Under the pieces are notes generated by a model. That model saw only the letters and a program-made list of their open reading frames with translations. It searched no databases and was not told the origin of the DNA. A DNA stretch of 64,000 nucleotides, taken from the NCBI GenBank assembly GCA_963840455.1, contig CAWIYV010000004.1, positions 64,001 to 128,000 of the forward strand, read 5' to 3'. The position numbers and the translations under genes were made by a program. The stretch comes from Nitrospirota bacterium (GTDB taxonomy: Bacteria; Nitrospirota; UBA9217). Below, in pieces: positions 39,668 through 49,846 of the stretch. Within the stretch, counting starts at the first letter, position 1, and each line of letters begins with the position of its first letter.

Positions 39668-40197
39668 TTTTCGTCACCTTTCTTGCTTGCCCGAAGAAAG
39701 GTGACGCCAAAGAAGGGCACCCGGCGAAAATCCTTCACGGCATGCTTGGTCGTCCTCGGTACATTTCGGAAACTCGCCCTGCGGGCTCAGACAATCCGAA
39801 ATGTTTAACCCTCGTCCTCGGTCGCCTGCCTAGATTTTCGCATGGGGTATACCCCAAACCCCGCACGTCCCTGGAGCGGCCCTATGAATTTTCTGGGCAC
39901 CCGTCTTGGCCTAAGTCAGCGTCCCGGAGGGCGCTGCGCACTGTCTGAGGCCGAAGGCCGAGTTTGCGCGAGCGAGCTGACGTGGCCTTAGTCGGGTCAG
40001 AAAATTCATTCAGGGTGCGAAGGGGATATGCAAAAAAACCAAGCATCTTGATCATCAGAGAAGGGCACCCGACGAAAATTCTTCACGGCATGCTCAGTCG
40101 TCCTCGGTACATTTCGGAAACTTGCCCTTCGGGCTTCGGACATCCGAAATGCTTAACCCTCGTCCTCGGTCGTCCGCCTAAATTTTCGTATGGGGTA
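39668..40197. repeat. Family AB copy 2 (A-B-partial A in tandem)
   Basis: A at 39668-39846, B at about 39855-40038, second internal A from agaagggcaccc at about 40059. Confidence 0.9.
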
Positions 40198-40255
40198 GCC
40201 TAAGAGCGAAAGCAACACGCATGAAGGCAAGAAAGATATGCTGTGGCGAAAACGT

Positions 40256-40708
40256 TCAATGCTTGCCGACGATCTGAAGGGTCCTGGAGTCGCGTTTGCC
40301 CTGGTAATACTTGTCGAGGACGCGGCCGAAGACCGACTGGGGACCGGATACAACCTCGAAGAGCGTCATGGACGATTGCAGTTTCCAGTCGTCGGGGTGG
40401 CCGAAGATATCCGAAGCCGATCGTCCCTGGATGGCCAGGACCGCTTCCGCGCACTCCAGGAGTCGCGGTCCGAGAACAGGGTGGGCAAGGTAGTGCCGCG
40501 CTTCTTCAAGGCTCTTGATGGAATACCGTCGCGTCGTGGGGCTGTGCCCCAAGCCCTCGACCTGCGGGAAGATATACCACATCCAGTGCGAGCGCTTCAG
40601 GCCGTCACGCAGCTCAGCAAGAGCGCGGTCGTAGATCCCTTCCTGCGCGTTGGTGAAGCGGCTCAGATCGAATGGATCACCGCGATCCGAAGTATTGGCT
40701 CTTTGCAT
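40256..40708 (-). CDS. DUF1810 family protein
   Basis: DPFDLSRF, KRSHWMWYIFPQ, YLAHPVLGPRL, KLQSSMTLF. Confidence 0.9.
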   Translation of the reverse strand: MQRANTSDRGDPFDLSRFTNAQEGIYDRALAELRDGLKRSHWMWYIFPQVEGLGHSPTTRRYSIKSLEEARHYLAHPVLGPRLLECAEAVLAIQGRSASDIFGHPDDWKLQSSMTLFEVVSGPQSVFGRVLDKYYQGKRDSRTLQIVGKH

Positions 40709-40796
40709 CGTTAGGCCCACTGCCCTGCGAGAATAGGATACCAATATTTAAGCCTGACTCTCGAAGGTCCATACGGTTATCTGTAGGGAGCTTCAA

Positions 40797-41025
40797 CATC
40801 AGCGAAAGTCTCTACCTTTACATCCTCTTTTCTTTTGTTACCTTTCTTGCTTGCCCGAAGAAAGGTAACCGAAAGAAGGGCACCCGGCGACCATTCTGGT
40901 CCGTCATGCTCGGTCGTCTTCGGTACATTTTAGAAACTCGCCCGAAAGTGGTAAGAGTGGGCTCAGACAGTCTAAATTGTTTAACCCTCGGACTAGGTCA
41001 CCTACCGGGAATGTTCGCATGGGAC
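40797..41025. repeat. Family AB copy 3 (linker + A)
   Basis: catcagcgaaagtc..tttacatc..ttttgttacctttcttgcttgcccgaagaaaggtaac...gaatgttcgcatggg. Confidence 0.88.
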
Positions 41026-41075
41026 TCCTCCATACTTTACCCTGTACCCTGTCCCCGTGTCTCCGTGTCTCCGCG

Positions 41076-42485
41076 TCACCGTGTCTGCAGTTTGGGCGTG
41101 ATGTTCTGGTTCAGCCGGAACAGGTTTGTCGGATCGTAGCGGGCCTTGATCGCCACCAGCCGTTCCCACGCCGGTCCCGGGTATGCCTCGTGGATCCGTG
41201 CCTCGCCGTCCCTACCCAGAAAATTAACGTAAGTTCCCGATTCACCCTGTCGCAGCGCCGCAAGGAAGCCCGTTACCCAGGCTTCGTGCTTTTCCGCCTC
41301 CTCAAGATGATCGTACACCGCGCCGACCGCGGCCAGGATCCTTCTCCCGCGGTGGCTGAAGGCGGTCGCTTCGACAGGCACGCGCGCCATTGCTCCTCCG
41401 AGCACCCGGATCTGCGCCACGGCGAGAGGCGCGGTCGAGGCCCGCAGTTGTTCAAGGATCATCTGTGCCGTACCGCGGCCGACGGTGTCCCTGAATACCG
41501 TGCGGGCGGACTCTCCGACCGGATGGGGGCCGCCCTCGGTCAATGTGTAAATCTCCGGATAGCGCATCGCCCGCACCATATCGGCGAGCGGTACGGCTAG
41601 TCTCCTGAACGGGGCTATGACACGTTCCCCTTGTTCGATGGGGCCGGCATAGGCCATCATTGCCATTATGATGAGTTTGCCATACGCCTCCTTGGGCAGA
41701 AAGGGCATCGGGGGCGCGATCATGACATTGGCGATGACCGACAGTTCGTCGGCTGCTGCCTCCGCCTCTACTACGAGCGACGCGATCACCTCGGCCGTCG
41801 CCGGCAGGACCAGCATACCGCCCATGACCATGCCGATGTCATGGAGCCGGAACCGGAAACGGGTGGCAACGCCGAAGTTGCCGCCGCCCCCGCGGATGGC
41901 CCAGAAAAGATCGGGGTGCGTCGAAGCATCGGCGCGGACGAGCCGGCCGTCAGCGGTCACGATATCAGCGGCAAGAAGGCTGTCGATCGTGAGGCCGTGC
42001 TTGCGGACAAGATACCCGATGCCGCCCCCGAGCGTGAGCCCCCCGATCCCGACCGATCCCGTGTCGCCGAACCCGGTTGCGAGGCCGTAGGCATCGGCTT
42101 GGGCCGTGTATTCAGCCGCTGTCAGCCCGGTCTGGACCCAGGCAGTCCGCCCTGCAGCGTCGATCTCGAGCGCCCGCAGAGCGGAAAGGTCGAGCACGAT
42201 CCCGCCTTCCGATGTACCGTGGCCCGCAAGGCTGTGGCCGCCGCTGCGGACGGCAAGCTCCAGCCCGGCTTCAGCGGCCAGCAATACGACGCGGCTGACA
42301 TCGTTCTCTTCAGCGGCCCGGACGATGACCCGCGGCCTGCGATCGACCCACCCGTAAAAGACCGTGCGCGCCTGTTCGTACTCCCCGTCTTCCGGCGCTA
42401 TCACCCGGCCTTTGACCGCGGAACGAAGCTTTGCTATGAGGATACGTTCATCCATATTAATCACGACTATCGCGTTCTTGAACAT
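41076..42485 (-). CDS. FAD-linked oxidase (berberine-bridge-like)
   Basis: VRSGGHS, GLTLGGG, WAIRGGGGNFG, YVNF and YDPTNLF motifs. Confidence 0.93.
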   Translation of the reverse strand: MFKNAIVVINMDERILIAKLRSAVKGRVIAPEDGEYEQARTVFYGWVDRRPRVIVRAAEENDVSRVVLLAAEAGLELAVRSGGHSLAGHGTSEGGIVLDLSALRALEIDAAGRTAWVQTGLTAAEYTAQADAYGLATGFGDTGSVGIGGLTLGGGIGYLVRKHGLTIDSLLAADIVTADGRLVRADASTHPDLFWAIRGGGGNFGVATRFRFRLHDIGMVMGGMLVLPATAEVIASLVVEAEAAADELSVIANVMIAPPMPFLPKEAYGKLIIMAMMAYAGPIEQGERVIAPFRRLAVPLADMVRAMRYPEIYTLTEGGPHPVGESARTVFRDTVGRGTAQMILEQLRASTAPLAVAQIRVLGGAMARVPVEATAFSHRGRRILAAVGAVYDHLEEAEKHEAWVTGFLAALRQGESGTYVNFLGRDGEARIHEAYPGPAWERLVAIKARYDPTNLFRLNQNITPKLQTR

Positions 42486-42547
42486 ATTATAACATTGGTG
42501 TGACGGTTTACAGGGGAATCGCCATGCGGAGACATCGAAGTAGCTTA

Positions 42548-42634
42548 TATCCGAGGGAGTTCTAAGAAGGGAAAAGCTCTTTCAGGAGTATGAGCAGGCG
42601 ATGGTGTGGAAGGGCCGGAAGGAGCACTAACTAC
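42548..42634 (+). pseudogene. Short second copy of the SprT-like 3' fragment at 56263-56443
   Basis: gaagggaaaagctctttcaggagtatgag is shared exactly with about 56378-56407; flanks also similar. Confidence 0.65.
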
Positions 42635-42775
42635 TTTTCTAATCAGGGATGGACCTAAGCAGGAAATGTCAATACCGAAGCCTAACCCCATACGGTCTTA
42701 TTCTATGCGGAGAGGGCGGCAAAGGAGGCAAAGATAGCAGCGAAAGCGGCTATTTGCAACAAAAGAGAGCTGACC

Positions 42776-43633
42776 CTAAAGATTCAGGTTCATGCTGATG
42801 CTTGCGAGAATCGCGAAGATGACGAGGTCCGCGCATACGTGCGCAAGCCAGGGAGCCACCATGCCACGGCTTTTGCGGCGGATATGGCCGAGCATGATGC
42901 CGTAGATGAAGGCCATGCCAAAGCCCCATACCCCTTTCGGGAACCCCTGAAGAAAGTGCAGCGCGCCGAACAGGCCCGCCTGAAGAAGAAGCGAGAGAGC
43001 GCCGGGACCAAAGGCGCTGTCCGTTGACTGCATCACGATGCCGCGGAAGGCGGTCTCTTCCATGGCGGCGTTCAGGAAAGCGAATCCCAGGCCCAGGAAG
43101 GGATAGGTCCAGAACGGGACGGCCGGAATATAGGCGAGATGGCGGGAGAGATCAGGGCGCAGCGCGTAATTCCAGAGATACAGGGCTATGCCCGATAGTA
43201 CCGCTGTTGCCGCCACGAGGACCAGGATGCCCTTTCCGAGCTGACCCGGCCGCAGCCACGAGAGGGCCGAGCGGAGCTTCGGGACAAGGAGCGCGATCGG
43301 GAAATAGACGATGAGCGGGATGAGAAGTTTGTAAGGCCAGTTGCGGAACAGAGGAGACACGAGGGGCGCTGTTGTTACTGCGAGGAAGAAGAGGGAAAGG
43401 CTAAGCGCCTGCCTGCTGCTGACAAAGAATGAGGCGAGCATCAGAAGAACGAAGAAACCTGCTGTCCCGACGCCCGCTCCCGGCGTTGCTACGGCAACAA
43501 AAAAGGCAGCCAGGGAGATGACGATGATCAAGCTCCCGGATAAGGACGACTTCTCAGGCGGCTCGATGTATTGACTGAACATGGGAGGACGACTTTCTGG
43601 AGAATGAAAACATTTTTCTGCATCCCGGTTCAA
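42776..43633 (-). CDS. CPBP (CAAX/Abi) intramembrane glutamic endopeptidase
   Basis: EETAFRG, FGALH and AHVCAD motifs; multiple TMs. Start may be at about 43582. Confidence 0.9.
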   Translation of the reverse strand: MNRDAEKCFHSPESRPPMFSQYIEPPEKSSLSGSLIIVISLAAFFVAVATPGAGVGTAGFFVLLMLASFFVSSRQALSLSLFFLAVTTAPLVSPLFRNWPYKLLIPLIVYFPIALLVPKLRSALSWLRPGQLGKGILVLVAATAVLSGIALYLWNYALRPDLSRHLAYIPAVPFWTYPFLGLGFAFLNAAMEETAFRGIVMQSTDSAFGPGALSLLLQAGLFGALHFLQGFPKGVWGFGMAFIYGIMLGHIRRKSRGMVAPWLAHVCADLVIFAILASISMNLNL

Positions 43634-43786
43634 AGGTCTGTGCAGGCATGCATTGCCGCCCTGTTTACAAGTTTACTCGAGCACCGCAGCACTTCCCCTC
43701 GCCCGAAAAAACGGGCTCGGCCGTGTCTTCCTGGCTTGGTGGTGGCATTGGCCGGGACCGCTTTCGCATGCTTGTGCACAGACCTG

Positions 43787-43893
43787 TTGAAGCTCCCAAA
43801 AGCAAACTGCATGGAGCTTCGATCCTCAGGGTAGTCTTTATTCTAGTCGCTCGCTGAGCCCAAACTGCGGGGCTGAGCTCGCTCCTGGATTCA
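43787..43893 (+). repeat. ~110-bp MITE-like repeat (family C) copy
   Basis: ttgaagctccc...ttcgatcctcagggtag...tcgctcgct...gctcgctcctggattca; other copies at 44083-44197 (inverted), 44286-44373, 45694-45809, 46510-46703 (tandem pair) and 49847-49954. Confidence 0.88.
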
Positions 43894-43940
43894 CGGGATG
43901 CAGGGGCCCCTGGAAAGTCAGAGGCATTGGTCTTTTATCC

Positions 43941-44383
43941 AAGCCCCGCATGTCCCCGGCGCGGCCCTATGAAATTCCTGGGCCCCCGTCTTGGCCTAAG
44001 GCAGCGTCCCGCAGGGCGAACGCGCATGTCTGAGGCCGAAGGCCGAGTTTGCGCGGGCGAGCGGACGTAGATTAAGGGTCAGGAATCCAGGAGCGAGCCT
44101 ATTCCGCGTGCCTTACTGCGGGATCGGCGAGCGATTAGAATGATAAAACTTCCCTACGGATCTGAGATTCCCTGGAGCATGCTGCAGGGAACGTCAATTT
44201 CATTCAGGACGCGAAGGGGATATGCAAAAAATGAAATAATATACCCACTCACGTTTAACCCTCTTCCTCGGTCGCCTGCCTGGATTTGCTCCCAAGTGCA
44301 AACGGTAGTGGAGCTTTGATCCTCAAGGTTGTATGTTTATCCTAAACGCTCGCTATGCGCTCGCTCCTGGATTTTCGCATGGG
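43941..44383. repeat. Family AB copy 4, interrupted twice by family C
   Basis: B half broken at 44083-44197 and A fragment broken at 44286-44373; AB sequence resumes after each insert. Confidence 0.8.
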
Positions 44384-44419
44384 ACTGCAGAATCGATACA
44401 GCCTGATAGCCCGGCGCCA

Positions 44420-44857
44420 CTATGCCGCAGCGCTTCCTTTCCCCAGCATTCCCGTTGACGACTCAACATAGCGAGTAAAGTTGTTGAGAATGGCTTGCCA
44501 CCCTCCCCGCTGCACTTCGATGGGATTTGTTTGTTCACTATCAAACGTTACGCGGACCCTGACGCCGCTCGGGCTATCGGCAAACTCGACCTGCGCCGCA
44601 CGGTCGCCGAAGGAATACTCGATCAGCTCGTGCTCCACGATCTTTGTGTAAGTCCCGGCGAAATCAAATCCCATACTGCCGTCCTTTGCCTCCATCCGTG
44701 AGGAGAAGGTACCGCCCACGCGCAGATCCACAGTGGCCTTGGTCGTGTGCCAATCAGCCGATGCGGCATTCCACTGTATAATATCCTCCGGTGTCGTATA
44801 GGCGGCCCAGACCTGTTCGATGGGCGCCTTGACTATGGTTTCAACGGTGATCTTCAT
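44420..44857 (-). CDS. SRPBCC/AHSA1-like protein
   Basis: APIEQVW, QWNAASADWH, RMEAKDGSMGFDF, QRGGWQAILNNF. Confidence 0.9.
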   Translation of the reverse strand: MKITVETIVKAPIEQVWAAYTTPEDIIQWNAASADWHTTKATVDLRVGGTFSSRMEAKDGSMGFDFAGTYTKIVEHELIEYSFGDRAAQVEFADSPSGVRVRVTFDSEQTNPIEVQRGGWQAILNNFTRYVESSTGMLGKGSAAA

Positions 44858-44898
44858 AGTGTGCCTCCTCTTGAATAGCAACTAATATCAATCTTTTA

Positions 44899-45090
44899 TT
44901 TTGTCACCTTTCTTGCTTGCCCGAAGAAAGGTGACCCAAAGAATGCACCCGGCGAACATTCTGATCCGACATCCTCGGTCGTCCTCGGTACATTTTAGAA
45001 ACTCGCCCGCTAATGGTTTGAGTGGGCTCAGACAGTCTAAAATGTTTTACCCTCGTACTCGGTCGCCTGCCGGGAATGTCCGCATGGGAC
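44899..45090. repeat. Family AB copy 5 (A only)
   Basis: ttttgtcacctttcttgcttgcccgaagaaaggtgac...gaatgtccgcatggg. Confidence 0.88.
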
Positions 45091-45169
45091 TTCTTAATAC
45101 TGATTCCTTCCACCTGCCTCGCGCGACGGGGCCTCCATCCTTATTCTCCGCTTACTTTGTCGCGCCGGG

Positions 45170-45652
45170 TCAGCCCTTATATGCCCGCTCGAGCGTCTTG
45201 ATGTCGAACTTCTTCATCTTGAGGAACGCCTCGGTCACCCGGGCAAGCCGCTCCCCGTTCTTGTCCTTCATCATTTTGTCCATGGCCGCCGGAACGATCT
45301 GCCACGATAGGCCGTACTTGTCCTTGAGCCAGCCGCACTGCTCCGCTTCCGGTACCGCCGAGAGCCTCTCCCAGTAGTAATCGATCTCCTTCTGGGTCTT
45401 GCAGCGGATGATGAACGAGATCGATTCGTTGAATTTGAAGAGCGGCCCGGCCGAGAGCAGCATGAACTCCTGCCCCATGAGGTCGATCGTGACGATCTCC
45501 ACCGTGCCGGACGGCGTGTTATTGAGCGTCGTTGTGCTCTTGATCTTCGACTTGGGGAACAGGTCGGTGTAGAATTCAGCCGCCTCCCTGGCCTCCTTGT
45601 CGAACCAGAGATGGGTCGTGATCTTATGGGTCATTATGGGTTTCTTCGTCAT
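45170..45652 (-). CDS. VOC family (PhnB/3-dmu-9-3-mt-like) protein
   Basis: ITTHLWFD.EAREAA, FKFNESISF, CGWLKDKYGLSWQI. Confidence 0.92.
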   Translation of the reverse strand: MTKKPIMTHKITTHLWFDKEAREAAEFYTDLFPKSKIKSTTTLNNTPSGTVEIVTIDLMGQEFMLLSAGPLFKFNESISFIIRCKTQKEIDYYWERLSAVPEAEQCGWLKDKYGLSWQIVPAAMDKMMKDKNGERLARVTEAFLKMKKFDIKTLERAYKG

Positions 45653-45693
45653 GTTCGTTCGCCTCCTTCTTTCTGCCGCCTTCCCTACTGCAA

Positions 45694-45809
45694 TTGAAGC
45701 TCCCTGTAGCAAGCTGCAGGGAATCTTCGATCCTTAAGGAAGTATCGTTATACTAATCGCTCGCTAACCCAGCGGCAAGCTACGGGGAATGCGCTCGCTC
45801 CTCGATTCA
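45694..45809 (+). repeat. Family C copy
   Basis: ttgaagctccctgtagcaagctgcagggaatcttcgatcc...gcgctcgctcctcgattca. Confidence 0.88.
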
Positions 45810-46091
45810 TCACAGCTTTCTGCAGGGATCTTAAATATAGTATACCACTGGAGGGCCGGCTTACCTGTGGATCTTCCCGCGGGGGACAGGACGGAGCATG
45901 CATCCGCGGGAATGTATGAGAAGTCAATGGCGCAGGAGAGTCGGAAGGAGCAATGACGGGAGAATATCATGATGTCAGGAAATCATGTCTGACCCGCTAC
46001 GATAAAAAAACATCTTGTTGTATTGTTGCGCATATTGTAATATATGCCCAAACGTATAAAGTCGGCCCGGGAGGGCCAACCAAGGAGGATC

Positions 46092-46481
46092 ATGATGGAT
46101 TCAAAGAAATTTTTGTTCGTGCTGTCCCATGCGAAGTCAAATCTCAAGGAAGTGATCGTCATGCTGAAGATCATTTCCAATATGAAGGCATTCGAAGACG
46201 ATGTAGAGATAGCGGTATTCCTCGTCGGAGAAGGCGTCGAGCTTGCAAAAAAGGGAGTGGGAAAGACCATGACCATGGAGCTGGAAGGCAATCAGGTCAA
46301 CGTCGGCGAGCTGCTGGACATGATGCCCGACTTTAATGTGAAGTTCTACGTTTGCCACGCCTTCATGCCGTTGCATAACGTTCTCAAGGAAGACCTGATC
46401 GAAGGGGCCGAGATGAAAGGAAGTTCCTACCTCGGCGAGCTGCTCCTGGCCGGCTACACTCCTTTTCCGATGGCCATGTAG
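46092..46481 (+). CDS. DsrE-like protein
   Basis: VFLVGEGVELAKKG, FYVC..F, LIEGAEM pattern. Confidence 0.7.
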   Translation: MMDSKKFLFVLSHAKSNLKEVIVMLKIISNMKAFEDDVEIAVFLVGEGVELAKKGVGKTMTMELEGNQVNVGELLDMMPDFNVKFYVCHAFMPLHNVLKEDLIEGAEMKGSSYLGELLLAGYTPFPMAM

Positions 46482-46509
46482 AAACCAGCTATCCCTGCAG
46501 TGTCAGGCG

Positions 46510-46703
46510 TTGAAGCTCCCTGCAGCAAGCTGCAGGGAATCTCCGATCCTCAGGGTAGAACTATATTATTCTCATCGCTCGCTCCTGGATTGAAGCTCCC
46601 TGAAGATAACGGCATGGAGCTTCGATCCTCAAGGTACCTCTTTATCCTCATCGCTCGCTAACCCCGCAGCAAACTGCGGGGAATGCGCTCGCTCCTGGAT
46701 TCA
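46510..46703 (+). repeat. Two tandem family C copies
   Basis: Head-to-tail junction ...gctcctggATTgaagctccc at about 46590. Confidence 0.85.
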
Positions 46704-46705
46704 TA

Positions 46706-46733
46706 AAGGCCGGAGAGACATTCCGGCTTTTCT
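46706..46733 (+). terminator. Candidate intrinsic terminator between convergent genes
   Basis: GCCGGA-gagacat-TCCGGC followed by TTTTCTT. Confidence 0.45.
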
Positions 46734-46809
46734 TGTCTGCGCTTTTTCTCCGGTTGCGACGTCTTCTTACTTCATCTGTAATCAGCATGGGGTCACCCAT
46801 TTGAAGGCT

Positions 46810-47721
46810 CTAGATTGAACAAACGCCCGTTGCGGAATCGCACGCTGCAGCACTGACCGTTGGCAGGAGAAAATAGCCGTTGCCTGCTTCACGCTTCCGG
46901 ATCATCCGCTTGTTCAACAGCGAGTCGATCGCGTTCTTCAGTTCGTCATTGGTAAGGTCGAAGGTCATCTGGATCTCGATCGGCGCCGCGGAACCATACT
47001 TGGTTATGAACGCCATGATCGTCTCTTCATTGGCCGCGACCGGATGTTCCTGGATCTCTCCGCCCGACAGATGCCCGATCAGCGCCTTGAACTCCTCATA
47101 CCGTTTGTATCCTCGGATCGTCATCTCCCTCTCCCCATATTTCAGCAGGAATGAAGGAAAGCCTCGCGCCCCGTACCTGGCCGTGACCGCAAGGTCCTGC
47201 TCAAAGGCTCGTTGCGCAGGACCATGGGTAAAGTCATCGAGGAAACGGGCAATATCAAGCCCGACCTCCGATGCCAGTTCCAGCAGGATCTCGGTCTTGT
47301 TCGTTTGCCTGGCCTCGGCAGCCGAAGCTTCCCGGATGCGCCGAAGGAACTTGTTTGCGAGCTTCTGATCCTGAATTTGTGCGGCCTTATAGGCGATGTT
47401 CTGCGGATACGTTGAGGGATGCTCCCGGGAAAAGAGCTTGAAGCCCTCGCTCCTCACCGGCATGCCGTGACGTTCGGACGCATCCACCCAATGTTTGGCA
47501 ATGTTCCTGTTGGAGCGGTCAGGGTCGCCGCCGATGTCATTATAGCTGTCATAGAATGACGTGATGTCCTGGACCAGCCCGCCCATGATGTAGCCGATAT
47601 TTATTTGTTCACCGAACCTGGTTTCGAGCTTTCGGAGCACCGGTTCGCTGCCCCAGCACCAGGTACAAACAGGATCGGTAAATTCGGTGATCTCTATCAT
47701 CTTATTGTTTGTTGTATTCAT
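46810..47721 (-). CDS. DsbA/YjbH-like thioredoxin-fold protein
   Basis: FTDPVCTWCWG, HGMP, GFPSF; C-terminal ACD..TGVC. Confidence 0.88.
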   Translation of the reverse strand: MNTTNNKMIEITEFTDPVCTWCWGSEPVLRKLETRFGEQINIGYIMGGLVQDITSFYDSYNDIGGDPDRSNRNIAKHWVDASERHGMPVRSEGFKLFSREHPSTYPQNIAYKAAQIQDQKLANKFLRRIREASAAEARQTNKTEILLELASEVGLDIARFLDDFTHGPAQRAFEQDLAVTARYGARGFPSFLLKYGEREMTIRGYKRYEEFKALIGHLSGGEIQEHPVAANEETIMAFITKYGSAAPIEIQMTFDLTNDELKNAIDSLLNKRMIRKREAGNGYFLLPTVSAAACDSATGVCSI

Positions 47722-47898
47722 GACGGATCATACCTCTTAGACGTACCTCGGTCACCCCGGGGGCGGCGTCGAGTTGATCAAACGGCTACTTCTGTTGATT
47801 AACGTATAGCACTCCTCCGCCATGCCAAAAGATGGCGATTGAGTTCCGCTCCATGGTACAATTAAAGCAGGATAACAGTTCACTAAGGAGGTGTCGCC

Positions 47899-48429
47899 AT
47901 GAAAAAGACCCTATTGTTCATTGTCGTGATCCTGTCTGCCTTCGCGTTCGGTTCATCGGCCTTCGCAGGAGAAAAGATGGGAGCGCCTGTTGCTCATTCC
48001 AAGGACTTTGATCGGATGAAAGGGCTGGTGGGCGTATGGGAAGGAAAGGCGGATATGGGAAAAGGCGTGGAGCAGTTCAAGGTTACCTATGAACTGACGT
48101 CCGCGGGCAACGCCATCGTGGAGAAGTTCGCGGCCGGCCAACCCCATGAGATGGTCACGATGTACCATGACTATAACGGGAAGCTTGTTCTGACCCACTA
48201 CTGTTCGCTCGGGAACCAGCCCCACATGGAGCTCACGACATCCGGGGATGGCGCCATGCTGTTCGCCCTGTCGGAAAAAGCGCCGAACCTTGTCTCGCTG
48301 CAGGAGACGCACATGCACGCCCATGGCATCGTCATCGACGGCAAGAACAGTATGACGCAGACCTGGACGCTCTATGACAAGGGAGCGAAGGTGAACGAGG
48401 TGTCGGTTAAGTTGATACGCGTAATGTAA
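47899..48429 (+). CDS. Secreted hypothetical protein
   Basis: Signal peptide; EMVTMYH..LTHYCSLGNQPHM; RBS AAGGAGG. Confidence 0.75.
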   Translation: MKKTLLFIVVILSAFAFGSSAFAGEKMGAPVAHSKDFDRMKGLVGVWEGKADMGKGVEQFKVTYELTSAGNAIVEKFAAGQPHEMVTMYHDYNGKLVLTHYCSLGNQPHMELTTSGDGAMLFALSEKAPNLVSLQETHMHAHGIVIDGKNSMTQTWTLYDKGAKVNEVSVKLIRVM

Positions 48430-48498
48430 CAGAGACGCCGCAGGAAGCGGCGCACCTGGTCCGGGATTGCCGAGATCCAGGCCGGCGATCGAGGGGAC

Positions 48499-49092
48499 AT
48501 GAGAAAAATAATCGTCTTATCAATGATCACCTTAGATGGAGTAATGCAAGCACCTGGTGGACCTAAGGAAGATACGTCAGGCCGTTTCAAATATGGCGGT
48601 TGGGTTGCACCTTATGGTGACGAAGTTTATGGCAAGGTCATGGAAAAACAGATGAAACCTGCAGATCTTCTTTTGGGCAGAAAAACATTTGAGATTTTTG
48701 CCTCCTACTGGCCAGAGCATGAAAATGGATGGCCGGGCATCAATGATGTCACAAAATACGTCATGTCCAAGACCAAGAAAAAGTCAGATTGGAAAAACTC
48801 GGTTTTCCTCAAAAACCTGGCAGATATCAAAAAGCTCAAACATTCAAAAGGTTCTGACATTAAAGTCTGGGGCAGCGGTAAACTTATTCAGCTGTTGCTG
48901 AAGAATGATCTCGTGGACGAACTCTGGCTCAATATTCACCCGTTGACTCTTGGTAAAGGAAAAAAGTTGTTTGACAATGGCGCGATCCCGGCAGCATTTA
49001 CATTAATAGAGAGTACTGTTACAACAAGTGGAGTGATTATTGCCAATTACAAGCGAGCTGGAAAAGTCAAGACAGGTACTGTTGGAGCTTAA
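48499..49092 (+). CDS. RibD-C/dihydrofolate reductase family protein
   Basis: ITLDGVMQAPGG, LLLGRKTF, GSGKL, LVDEL, LGKGKKLF. Confidence 0.92.
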   Translation: MRKIIVLSMITLDGVMQAPGGPKEDTSGRFKYGGWVAPYGDEVYGKVMEKQMKPADLLLGRKTFEIFASYWPEHENGWPGINDVTKYVMSKTKKKSDWKNSVFLKNLADIKKLKHSKGSDIKVWGSGKLIQLLLKNDLVDELWLNIHPLTLGKGKKLFDNGAIPAAFTLIESTVTTSGVIIANYKRAGKVKTGTVGA

Positions 49093-49201
49093 GGCGGCTA
49101 ACCTATTAATATTTTCCCAGATACGCTGATGTCTTCACCAGGCGTTCTACAAACGCCTCATTTTCTCTGTCAAATGTAAAGACTTGATCCTATAGGTTTT
49201 A

Positions 49202-49261
49202 CTTCATGAACCACTTGGCAGATCAACAAGTCATCAATTCAAGTCTGACCCCCGACAGTCC
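49202..49261. repeat. Family E direct repeat, copy 1 (partial)
   Basis: cttcatgaaccacttggcagatcaacaagtcatcaattcaagtctgacccccgacagtcc. Confidence 0.88.
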
Positions 49262-49316
49262 TACCCAGATTCAAGTCTGACCCGATACGTCCGCACTAAG
49301 AGGTCCGGGCATACCG

Positions 49317-49844
49317 CTAGCCGACCTTGCCAGGATGTTCGCGCCGAACCATCTGGATAACCTCGTCCAGTTTCTGCAAAAAGCTTGACCTGTCGCGGCT
49401 GGAGAAGGGTGCCGGCCCCCCGGTGATCTCGCCGTTCCCACGCAGTTCTGCAAGCAGGTTACGGGTTGCGACCGCATCTCCGATATTTTCCTCGGTGAAG
49501 GCCTTCCCCGTATGGCCGATCGCGTACGCACCAGCTTTGATGCATCGGCTCGCGAGGAGAACATCAGCCGTGACCACGATGTCGAGGGGAGTGATATTGG
49601 CAACGATCCAGTTGTCGGCCTCATCGAGCCCATCGCCGACAACGTGAAGTACGATCCCATCCTCGGTGGGCACGCGCATCCAGGAGTTGGCCACCAGGGT
49701 GACACCTATAGCATACCTGGCTGCGACCCGGTAGACCTCTTGCTTCACCGGGCATGCGTCGGCATCTACGAAAATATTCAGCAATCGATATCCTTGTTTG
49801 ACAAACTCAGAAGGATCCAGTGAGGTTGTCTCCAGCCGATCCAT
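49317..49844 (-). CDS. YaiI/YqxD (DUF188) family protein
   Basis: IFVDADACPVK, EADNWI, VTADVLLA, GGPAPF..DR..F; true start may be about 60 nt downstream. Confidence 0.9.
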   Translation of the reverse strand: MDRLETTSLDPSEFVKQGYRLLNIFVDADACPVKQEVYRVAARYAIGVTLVANSWMRVPTEDGIVLHVVGDGLDEADNWIVANITPLDIVVTADVLLASRCIKAGAYAIGHTGKAFTEENIGDAVATRNLLAELRGNGEITGGPAPFSSRDRSSFLQKLDEVIQMVRREHPGKVG

Positions 49845-49846
49845 CG

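Noticed and set aside
39940-39966. CTGAGGCCGAAGGCCGAG as a hammerhead ribozyme core
   Set aside because: It lacks the CUGANGA and GAAA conserved core; kept only as an unknown motif.
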